In this document: one piece after another, positions 53,220 to 64,000 of the stretch
Layout of the letters: each line of letters begins with the position of its first letter
Numbering within the stretch: the stretch's first letter is position 1
Origin: Octopus vulgaris
Lineage: Eukaryota
NCBI GenBank assembly: GCA_951406725.2
Contig: OX597815.1
Coordinates: forward strand, 32,364,001-32,428,000
Direction of reading: 5' to 3'
DNA: 64,000 nt
Position numbers and translations under genes: made by a program
Notes under the pieces: model-generated
The model's database searches: none
What the model was told of the DNA's origin: nothing
Seen by the model: the letters and a program-made list of their open reading frames with translations, nothing else

Positions 53220-54729
53220 TTAAATTCAATCACATCAGAATCCTTAGTTATCAATCAGTGCATCAGTAATTGTAATATTTACATTATCAATACTTACTTT
53301 CCCAGCCTCCAGTCACCCTGGTGCTCCATACACTGGCAGGATTAGGGCTATTTATATCAACCACAGGGAACCATATATTGCTGACATTATCAGCAGGCAA
53401 TGGGCAGCTACGTGCGTGGGCAGTCAAGTGTGTATTAAATGAATTCCTACTACATTTTTTTAGGTACACAGGCTAACATCCCATAATGAGGATTTTTGGC
53501 AATATTGGCACAAGAATGTTGCTCTGTACAAGCACTAATATTATTTATGTTGTTGTTGTTGTTCTTCTTCTTCTTCTTCTTCTTGATGACGATGATGTTA
53601 TTACTATCGCTTGTACTATTATTTTTTATTTGATTATGACGACAACTCACATTACACATCGTCACACCCACTATCATTATTACTACAATCATTAAAATGA
53701 CATTGGTATAAGCTATTATTGCTATTATTTATCGAAATAACACTGCTGTTGATACAATGCCTCTCTTGTAAAAATTAATATTATTGCCATAACTACCATT
53801 CCTGTTTGTGGCATTAACCTAAAATGTGTTACTGCTTGCGTTCCCATTTTCGTTATTTTGCCCATTACAGTTTAGAACTGTATTAGTTGTATCTGCAAGT
53901 TGCCTAACATTTATATTTCTATTTATTACACTCTGATCTTAATATCGGGCTGAATTAATATTCCACCAATTGAAGCATGCTATAATAGCCCCAAGGTTAG
54001 GAAGAGTAGAATCAGAGATTGTTATTTTCCTTTTACAAGATGTCTGGTTGTACTTATTAAATGATGGGGAGGGATGTCTTTTCTAACATGCCAAACCTAT
54101 TTTCAGCAAGATCAGTAGCAGTTGCCTAATTCCAAGGAGGGTTGTACCAAATTATGCCATTATTATGTAATCTGTCTCCTTTTCCCGCCCTATGGTATCT
54201 AGCTTTATAATTTTATTTTGATGGATCATATGTTGCTATTAGATTGACTGCAACTGTAGTCAGTGGAGTTATTCGAATAATAATGAATTCCAAGCCTATT
54301 TCTTCCATTATCTGTTGTAGTTACCGAAATTCCTCCACAGCACATAGCTAGTGATTCACTATTTGTATCTTTGTTGTCATTAACACTGTTATTACTGCTA
54401 TCACTACCATATATCAGTCCCCTAATGAGGATATTAGAATTATACTTCCTAATCTAATTCTTATATTTATTCTTATTTTTACTACCAATTTCACTATAAC
54501 CTCTAGTAGGATGCAAGTTATTATGAATAATAGTATCCATAGCCTTAGTGCAGCTGATAGTTGTATCAGTCTCTGTGGAAAATTCTATACATTGCTTGCA
54601 ACCAGCTCTAGACAATGCAGAGTTATAGTAGTGAGCATTAAATATTGCTTCCCTAGCAGACAGTTGCAAATTGCTAGTTGAAACCCCTGTTACTACAGTC
54701 TTTATTATGCAAGAGTAATGATCAGATTA

Positions 54730-55060
54730 ACAGTTTATATGAGTGGTAACTTCAGAAGGTTTTCTATAAGGATAATATAGACCCAATTTAAGATCCAGGC
54801 TCGCGTCTAGGAAATTATAGGCTTTGTATTCAAATGTTAAGCCGTGGTTATAATTCTTAAAGAATTTCACAAGTTTTTTTCTAATCCTTTCAATTTCTAC
54901 CTTACTATTGTTTGGGATTATAAATAAATCATCATTCCTATATAGACCACTTAGTAGTTTTGGGAAATTATTTCTTGGGCAATGTAGAAAATATATACCC
55001 ATATGATTAATGACCTGTGTGGGATCACTCAGTCCCATTGTTATATCGAAGCTATCAGAG
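54730..55060 (-). mobile_element. Penelope-like element reverse transcriptase fragment
   Basis: FDITMG, GLYRNDDL (GLYRDDG-like), IERIRKKL, NFLDASLDL, YYPYRKP motifs. Confidence 0.85.
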
Positions 55061-55383
55061 ATATCCCTCCTTGTCCACAACTTACCCTCAAATTCAATAA
55101 CTGTTCTGGGATGTGGTTAAGAAGGAAGCTTCTTACCACACAGCCACACTTGTGCCTATTTATGAACTTTTATGGATTAAATTTTGCTAGAGAAGACCAC
55201 GACCATGTTTTTTTTTGTTTTTTTGTATTCAGGATCTTAACTATATATATATGGTGCAAGGCAACATGTGTCTGAGTACAATGTAAATTGCTTGAATGTT
55301 ATCACAGACATTCACAAACAGAGGACAATTGCTAGCCATGGAGATGCTGGCCAGTTCTAAAATTAGGTAAGTTTTGTTTAGCC

Positions 55384-56216
55384 CAGCAGTCTCCAACGTT
55401 TTATGCATCATGGACCGGTTTCATACAAGACAAATTTTCCACGGACCAGGGTATCTCATACATAAAAAATACAATGAGGTGCATAAAGTGTGTAATATAT
55501 CAATCAATTATTTCATATATAATACATATGTAGCTGTTGTATGGAGATGGAGTCACCAATTTGTAGTGTTTGTTATGACAAAGATTTGGTGTTGGTTCAT
55601 AAATATTTATTGCTATTATTTTTATAAGGCTTCATAAAAACACAGACAGCGTCAATCTTATATGAATGTCGTGTTTAACAGGGGCTAAAAGTCGTCACAG
55701 ATAATTAATGATTAAGCTGATTTTCACATCACTGCAAAAACGTTTGGCTGTGTTGATTCCTTCATCGATCTCTGAGTTGACATAAAGCAGAGAAATCAGC
55801 TATTAGGAAAATCACACTGGTTTGAGTATAAATTTGTGAAAATAGCTATGAGAGAGGAATTTACTGGGTACCATAACGAAAGGGCGTCCCAATTCCCTCT
55901 GGGTTTGATGCTAAAAATTACTGTTTTTAAGGCACTCACTGAAAGAACATGCTGGAACTTATCACATGAAAAATAAGTTCTGCTTGGCTGAAATTGGGGT
56001 CTGCATGCACGATGAACTCACAATTTACAGGTAATCGACAAATGGGAGTTGGTGTCAACTGTCATACACATATAATGCAATCCACTACCACCCCAGCAGA
56101 CTGAAAATAGTCAGTAAAATAGACATGAAATTCAAAATCTATTCTTTCTGTACAGTCCAGGACCTAATGATCCATGGCTCAGTACTGGTCTGTGGCCTAA
56201 TTGTTGAAGACTTCTG
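55384..56216. mobile_element. hAT (Charlie/MER1-like) non-autonomous element
   Basis: CAGCAGTCTCCAAC...GTTGAAGACTTCTG ends, subterminal ggaccggtttcat..aagacaaattttccacggacc, degenerate 8-bp TSD gtttagcc/gcttagac with central TA. Confidence 0.72.
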
Positions 56217-57007
56217 GCTTAGACTACCTTTTCTAGATCTTTCCTGATTAACAAGTGAGCAGTGCTGCCTTGGAAAAAGCTGTTTGATCACCCAAGAAAT
56301 TGCTGAGTCTTCTCATTGCCATAGATTGGAAAAGAAGCAATTTATGACCTATATCTTAAGACATTTACATTCAGGTTTAAGATTACATAATCCCAGCTGA
56401 TCAGATCTGTTTCACTATTCTTGATCGTTTCATGACTTCTCTACTTTCTTTAATTTTCTTTTTGTCTGCAGACAATTTCTGATAAATTCCATTATGTGAA
56501 ATTGATTAGTAAGGCAATATTTCTTGTTCAAATTTACTTCGGTAGGTGTCAACATACAGATGTTCAGACATAAACTTCATAAATTTCTCCAGTCTAAAAG
56601 TGTATGAAAAGGTCACTACAAATAGATATCTTTCTCTGACTGTTGGAGAAAAAAGTAAAGTGAAATGATGAATAGAATATTGTCAGTCTGAACAGACAGA
56701 TGGGTTATCAAATAACAAATGGTATAAGTTATTCAAAATGCTTGGTAAACCTAATGGAAATTTCAGCACAACAGCTGACTCAACAGAATATGTGTCACTA
56801 AGTTGAATTAACTGCATGTCACATAAAATCTTGAGGAGATGAGAAGCCACTGTATATTTCACACTCGCATATAGATGTATGTATATTGTTCAGTTTTATT
56901 TCAAGATTTCTTGCCTGTAGAGAAAGTCCTGGTTTCTAACCAAGATCCAAGGTTCCTTCAATGGAATATCAACATCAAGAACAGGGTATTTTTGTCTGTA
57001 TGTATGT

Positions 57008-57042
<35 letters not shown>

Positions 57043-57385
57043 TTAATGTCCTCTTTCCATGCCAGCATGGGTTGGACGATTCGACTGAGGACTGGTGAAC
57101 CAGATGGCTGCACCAGGCTCCAATCATGATCTAGCAGAGTTTCTACAGCTGGATGCCCTTCCTAACACCAACCACTCCGAGAGTGTAGTCAGTTCTTTTA
57201 CGTGCCACTCCAATGAGGGCCTGTCAGGTGGTACTGGCAACAGCCATGCCCAAATGGTGGGTTTTTTTTGCGTGCCACCTGCACACCAGCACAAGTACCA
57301 GTAAGGCGATGCTGGTAACAATCATGCTCAAATGGTGCTTTTTACATGCCACTGACACAGATGCCAGTTAGCCACTCTGGCAACA

Positions 57386-57712
57386 ATCTGTGGGATGTCA
57401 TAGTTAGCGACTCCTTTGCTTCTCACACCCTGGATGCTGCGGTCAGTGCGAGATTCACAGCTTCTGTGGCCAAGCAGTACAAAATCCTGAAATACCGTGA
57501 TCTGCCGGCAAAACTACATTTTCCATCCTGTAGTGTTCGAGACGTTTGCTGGGGGTCTGACCTCGAACTGTGAAATTCCTATCTTCACTATCAATTTGCC
57601 TTGCGGAGGTAACTGGTGAGACTCGTGAGGGCACTTGACTGTTCCAGTGCATCAGCCTCGCCATCACCCACGGCAGCGCTGCATGCATGCTGGTGTGCCT
57701 CAATAGCCATTA
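57386..57712 (+). mobile_element. Second CRE-like C-terminal fragment
   Basis: LWDVIVSDSFASH...KILKYRDL and LFQCISLAITHGSAACMLV, homologous to the 36.3-36.7 kb copy. Confidence 0.75.
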
Positions 57713-57999
57713 GAGAGGTTTCCTAGTGCTCCCAACTTTTCAACCCAAAGTGATGAATTGTTTTGGTTTTTTACCCCTTTTTTTCTCTTCTTTCTTATTC
57801 TCTTTTTTTCTTTTCTCCGTTTAATTTTTTCAATTGTGTTCTCTGTTTCGTCCAGTTTTTTAATTCACTTTTGTAAAACGGTAAACACCGCGAAGGCAAT
57901 AAAATTCAAGAAATTTTTCCGGACTTCGAGCTGTGCAGACAATACTGGACAGACTTGGTGCCTAATTCAACTGAATCTTAATTATTTCTTAACTCGTCA

Positions 58000-58040
<41 letters not shown>

Positions 58041-58252
58041 TAAATATAAAATATAAATTACAAAGTGGGACAAGAACGCAAAAACACACAAAGAGACGAC
58101 ACAAGAAAACAGACGGGTCACTCGAAGCCTCTAATCTTCAGTCAGGAACCGGATCATCTTTGTAATTTTGGCTGTTTAATCTCGATATTACTCCGAACCG
58201 GCCAGCCCCAAGAACTAAGCCATAGGCATTAGATTTCTTAGAAAGAGGACAA

Positions 58253-58638
58253 GGCACAGGAGTGGCTGTGTGGTAAGTAGCTTGCTTACCAACCACATGT
58301 TTCCAGGTTCAGTCCCACTGCGTGATACCTTGGGCAAGTGTTTTCTACTATAGCCTCGGGCCTACCAAAGTCTTGCAAGTGGATTTGGTAGATGGAAACT
58401 GAAAGAAGCCCGTCATATATATGTGTGTGTGTGTATGTTTGTGTGTTTGTATTTGTCCCCACCCCTCATCGGTTGACAACCGATGTTGGTGTGTTTATCT
58501 CCATGTAACTTAGCGGTTCGGCAAAACAGGCCGATAGAATAAGTATTAGGCTTACAAAGAATAAGTCCTGGGCTCGATTTTCTCTACAAAAGGTGGTGCT
58601 CCAGCATGGCCACTGTCAAATGACTGAAACAAGTAAAA
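58253..58638 (+). mobile_element. tRNA-derived SINE family A. Other copies: 39141-39509 +, 21503-21888 -, 28210-28660 -, 8272-8620 -, split copy 1085-1690 +
   Basis: A box tggctgtgtggtaag, B box ggttcagtccc, internal (TG)n, tail ccagcatggcc..gtcaaatgactgaaacaagtaaaa. Confidence 0.9.
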
Positions 58639-58872
58639 AATATATATGTATATATATATATATGTAAATATGTATATATATATGTATATATATAATAAAA
58701 TATTAGGGAATAAATCCAAATTTACAGGGAAAAATTAGATTTAGGATTGAATCCAATTTTATAGTAAAATATTATATAATATTAATTAGAGACAAAACCA
58801 CTATTTTGTAAATCAAACAAGGAAAGACTTAATCAATACATAAGAAAATTTTAATATAAAGTAAATAAATCG

Positions 58873-58916
58873 CCACTACAATTGTTTCCTGTCTTCAAAT
58901 GACATTCATCAGGTGG
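58873..58916 (-). ncRNA. Minimal type I hammerhead ribozyme motif
   Basis: CCAC-CUGAUGA-A-UGUC(AUUUGAA)GACA-G-GAAA-CAAUUG-UA-GUGG: stems I and II pair, stem III is palindromic, cleavage triplet GUA; A-G mismatch at the base of stem II. Confidence 0.65.
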
Positions 58917-60328
58917 ATTTCATATCTAAAAATATCAATATTTTAAAAAATAAATTTAAAATGGCTAAAACTATAAATAATATAAATTTATCAATGAAAA
59001 AATATAAAAATATATAATCTATATATAATCTATATATAATCAATCTATAATCAAGAACTAAAATAACCTCTATAAACAATTGAATATAAAGAAACCTATT
59101 ATTAAAGTTCTCATATTTAAAGATGAAGAATCTAATTTCAAAAAACAAAAAACAAAAAACAAAAAACAAAAATAAAACCAAACTATATATACACACATAT
59201 GCTCATACACATATATCTAAGTATATATAAACATATCTAAATACATACACTAACTCACACTCCCATATATATCTCTATACATACACATAAACAACTAGGC
59301 AACAATAAATTAATAAAATAGCCAAATACTTCAACACATTACTTATTCATACTCCCTCACACACACATACAACCCTCATTCATAAACACAATCACTCTGC
59401 ATGACAACCACACAACCAGCATCCACGTATACTCAACCACAACAATATAAACATTTCATTCTTAACAAGAAACTATCAAATACCAAATACCACATATATA
59501 CCACCACAATACATTAATACTTAAACCCAACACACATACACACATATCCAAATACCACATGCATTCAACAAAAGATACACAAATACGCAAACAAACACAC
59601 ACACACACACTTTCACACATACATAAACACTCAAAAGAAAAACAACATTTCTACACATAAACAATGCACATTCACACACAATCCCTCACATACAACCGCA
59701 CCCCTATCGCTAATTCAACACAGATAAGTAACAAATTCAGCAGATACATAGCAATATACTATTAAAAAAAACCCAACCCCACTCTAAAACAAATTTATGA
59801 ATGTGAATAATAACATATATTGAGTTATTCTATTAAGAAACATAAACATTTAAAAACAGACCTATCTATTTATCGAAGTATGTCTAAATTATTGATAATT
59901 AATAACAAAGAAAATACGATATAAAATATACATACCTTCCATTCAATTTAAAGTTATGAAGTGAATTTAAAGTCTAACTGTTAAACGTATACAAAATTAC
60001 GTTACCATAGAAATAAATAGAACATATTTATAATATATTCTCAGCGCGTTATGAACGAACGTTATTTAAAAATTATGAATGGAATAGAATGGAATATATG
60101 TTAAGAAACGTAATTAGACAGAATTTACTATAAAATTCTTTTAGAAAACAATCATGATAAACGAAACCCATATACAAATAATGATAAAATCTCCCTTACC
60201 ATACACAATAACATACCTATATAGTAATCCCCTATTCATACATTCACACACAAATACACACACGTATAACACCCACCCACAAGATATACATATACCCACT
60301 CACACATACATATACATACGTACAAAAC

Positions 60329-60364
<36 letters not shown>

Positions 60365-60425
60365 ATATGTATGTATATATATATATATATATATATCTAT
60401 ATATCTATATATATATATCTATATA

Positions 60426-60802
60426 TCTATATAAACGGCAGTTTGTCTGTGCGTTTTCTGTGTGTCTGTTTTCTCGTACCCTCACCCTGACCACGAATTT
60501 CAACCGATTCTGATGAAACTTGACACACACATAGCCCAATGTCATAATTCAAAACTAACGCAGCGAAAATTTTGAAAAGTTCCCCCAGTTCTGAAAAAAT
60601 CGATAAATTCGACATGGGGTCGAGAATCAGAGACCCAAACCACAGACCGTCTAGGGGCGCAACTCCACCTTTTTTAACTCTCAAAAAAAAATTTGCCATC
60701 ATTTTTTTCCCATTTTTTTGCTATTTTTTGGCTGTAACTCTCTAAAAATGCTTTATAGTTATTTCCCTTACAAACCTGAGCAACGCCGGGCGATACTGCT
60801 AG
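60426..60802 (+). mobile_element. Non-autonomous Helitron with a different 5' body and the same 3' end
   Basis: TC start within (TA)n; 3' cctgagcaacgccgggcgatactgCTAG|T. Confidence 0.8.
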
Positions 60803-61248
60803 TATATATATATATATATATATATTATGTATGTATATATATATATGTATATGTATATAAATGTATGTATATATATATATGCATGTATGAATATATAAAT
60901 GTATGTATATATATATATGCATGTATGAATATATATATGTATGTATATTTTATATAATATATTATTATTAATATTATTAATATAATATATTATCATTAAT
61001 TATTATTAATATAATATATTATTATTAATATCAGGAAATCAATATTAGAATATTCTTCAGAAAGATATAAACGTGTGTAAAATGATAGTTGTATTAAAAA
61101 TATAAATATATATATAAATATATATAAGTATAAATATATAATAATAAGTATGGTAGTTTAAAAGTTTTGAATTAAGTTTTTAAAGCATCTTACAATCGTT
61201 TCGCAGAAGTGCTGTCCCTATAATGGAAATCTATATTGATAAGCAGTT

Positions 61249-63325
61249 CATCATCATCATCATCATCGTTTAGCATCCGCTTTCCATGCTAGCATGGGTT
61301 GGACGGTTCAACTGGGGTCTGGGAAGCCAGAAGGCTGCACCAGGCCCAGTCTGATCTGGCAATGTTTCTATGGCTGGATGCCCTTCCTAACGCTAACCAA
61401 TCCGTGAGTGTAGTGGGTGCTTTTTACATGCCACCGGCACAGGTGCCAGGCGAGGCTGGCAATGGCCACAATCGGATGGTGCTTTTTACGTGCCACCGGC
61501 ATGAGGCCAGTCGGGGCGGCGCTGGCAACAGCCACGTTTAGATGGTTCTCTTATGTACCACCGGCACTGGTATCACAGCTGCAATTTCCATTGATGTTGA
61601 TCGATTTCGATTTTCACTGGCCTCAACAAGTCTTCACAAGTAGAGGTTTGTGTCCCAAGACACAAACCGCTAGGGTGTGGCACTTTTTCACACAACTATC
61701 TTCATCCATTCTTGCCACATGACCATACCAGCGCAAACGTCTCTCTTGCACACCACAACTGATGCTTCTTAGGTCCAACTTTTCTCTCAAGGTACTTACA
61801 CTCTGTCGAGTATGAACACTGACATTACACATCCATCGGAGCATACTGGTTTTATTTCTTGCGAGCTTACGCATATCCTCAGCAGTCACGGCCCATGTTT
61901 CACTGCCATGTAGCATGGCTGTTCGTACACACGTGTCATACAGTCTGCCTTTTACTCTGAGCGAGAGGCCTTTTGTCACCAGCAGAGGTAAGAGCTCTCT
62001 GAACTTTGACCAAGCTATTCTTACTCTAGCAGTTACACTTTCAGCACACCCGGCCCCGCTACTGACTTGGTCACCTAGTTAACGGAAGCTATCAACTATT
62101 TCTAGTTTTTCTCCCTGGAATGTGGCAGAAGTTGGTCTCAGAGCATTTTCAGTGTTTATTGCTCCTGAGCATCTGCCACATACAAAAACTATCTTCCTAG
62201 TTAGCCTTCCTTTGACATTGCTGCACCTCTTATGTGTCCATAGCTTACACTTGGTGCATCTTATAGAGTTTCTACCTACACCTTTTCTACAGATCGAGCA
62301 GGGCCATCTACCTGAAGGCGTTTGTGATTTGTCTACCTTCCTACTTATTACGACTTTGGTTTTAGCTAGATTGACTCTAAGGCCCTTCGATACTAATCCT
62401 TGCTTCCACACCTGAAACTTCTCCTCCAGTTCTGATTGTGACTCAGCAATTAGAGCAAGGTCATCAGCATAGAGGAGCTCCCAGAGGCATCCTGTCTTGA
62501 ATTCCTCCGTTATTGCCTGGAGGACTATGATAAATAGGAGGGGGCTGAGGACTGGGCCTTGGTGGACCCCTACCTCTACCCAGAATTCTTCACTGTACTC
62601 GTTGCCAACCCTCACCTTACTAGCGGCGTCCCTGTACATGGCTTGTACAGCTCTCACTAACCATTCATCTATCCCTAGTTTCCTCATTGACCACCAGATA
62701 AGGGATCGGGGGATCCTGTCGAAGGCTTTCTCCATGTCAACAAAAGCCAGGTACAGGGGCTTATCTTTGGCTTGGTATTTCTCCTGCAGCTGCCTTACCA
62801 GAAATATAGCATCAGTGGTACTTTTCCCTGGCACGAACCCAAACTGCATATCATTTAAACTAACTCTCTCTCTAATTAGTTGGGCTATGACCCTCTCCGT
62901 AACCTTCATTACCTGATCCAACAGCTTATTACTTCTGTAATTATTTGTATCTAGGGCGTCACCTTTACCTTTGTAGCAGTTGACTATTATGCTGCTACAC
63001 CAGTCATTGGGTATGACTCTTTCGTGTATCACCTGATTAACTATACGGGTGACAAGGCTATAGCCGACACTACCAGATATTTTGAGCATCTCTGCAGTGA
63101 TTCCTGATGGGCCTGTCTTCATGCTTCTAATTGCCTTAACTACCAAGGAACTGTCAACTCGGATAGCTGGTCCCTCTATTGGGTCGACATTTGGCAGACT
63201 CTCTTTATCCCATTCATTTTCTTCACTCAGCAACCTTTCATAGTGGCGTCTCCAAACCTCTCTCTTTGCATCCTCATTTAGAGCAAGTGAACCATCATCC
63301 ATGTGAACACATTTCTCTCCTACCA
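61249..63325 (-). mobile_element. 5'-truncated RTE-clade LINE (RT, PHD insert, C-terminus, 3' UTR, (GAT)n tail)
   Basis: ORF 63326-62079 has QFGFVPGKSTTDAIF, FVDMEKAFD, GVHQGPVLSPLLF, YADDL, KTK; C-terminus MLHGSETW...RRLRWYGHV; one premature stop and an internal deletion near 61665. Confidence 0.95.
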
Positions 63326-63591
63326 CATCATGATTCTAACCACAGACAACATTCTGCTCTTCATATAAAATATGAAATTTGTATAATTTATCGAATGGTA
63401 GTTTTTTAAAAATATGAAGTAATATGCAAATTTACTGTTTGTTTGAAATATAAATTAAAATTACTGCTTTTAATTTTGGCTAATTCTACTAAGCAACATA
63501 CTATGCATCTGTTTGGAATATTTCAGATCCTAACCTGTCATGGAAAATTGGCGGCGGGGATTATGTAGTTTTTGAATGCACTGAAAAGCTG

Positions 63592-63975
63592 TCAGTGGAT
63601 ATACTCTCTTTTGCAGCAGTCAGCTACTTTTGGCTCAAGTATTTCTAAGAGGGAAAACACTTCAGCTTCATCGAGAAGAAAGCACAGTTTTGTTTGAGAG
63701 CATAATTCTATTAAAAAATTGTTGCAGTCAGTTTTGAACTTAGATGAGTCACCAACGATGGGGTTTTGTTCTTGATATCTCATTGCGCGTCCACTGAGGT
63801 AATTATCACTCATATCTTTCTGATTTGTTGTGTTATTAATATCAATATCTGATAATTTAGATACAGCTAAAGCATCGTCTTTTATAAAGCAACTAAGGAT
63901 ACTTTTATATTCACTGGATACGAGTGAACAGATGCAGTCGAAAATGTTCCGATTGAAACTCGACATTAAGAGCAT
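63592..63975 (-). pseudogene. Possible hAT-like transposase C-terminal fragment
   Basis: YKSILSCF...NYLSGRA...FKTDCNNFLIELCSQTKLCF resembles the YLG...C..FL.E...QI..RF pattern recalled from hAT-family proteins; no catalytic motif visible. Confidence 0.45.
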
Positions 63976-64000
63976 TTACTTTCTTTAATATATAATGTAA

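Noticed and set aside
58253-58325. tRNA genes
   Set aside because: A/B boxes continue directly into SINE bodies; no full cloverleaf was seen in any copy.

Overview
Eukaryotic, AT-rich, repeat-dominated animal DNA. The SINE, RTE, Penelope and microsatellite content points to an octopus/coleoid cephalopod (inference). Two convergent spliced genes can be assembled by eye: MRPL35 (+, 3 coding exons, 4642-11777, 197 aa) and a probable SIMC1/Nse5 homologue with N-terminal SUMO-interacting motifs (-, 30127-28813 plus 19103-18892, about 508 aa). There are also weak candidate exons of other transcripts. The rest is transposon debris: many RTE LINE copies, several tRNA-SINE families, Tx1/L1, CR1, CRE and Penelope fragments, a young integrase-deleted Gypsy provirus with TSD and tRNA-Trp PBS, a solo LTR, mariner and hAT relics, non-autonomous Helitrons and several MITEs. 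Most interesting: (1) a PHD finger inserted inside the RT domain of the RTE family; (2) a variable-copy tandem array of predicted hairpin plus H-type pseudoknot modules in the RTE 3' UTR; (3) a minimal type I hammerhead motif upstream of a split Penelope element; (4) a SINE whose 3' tail matches a Tx1/L1-clade LINE in the same window; (5) the invertebrate SIMC1/Nse5 candidate. No prokaryotic systems or CRISPR arrays. All family assignments are by eye and from memory; no searches were run.
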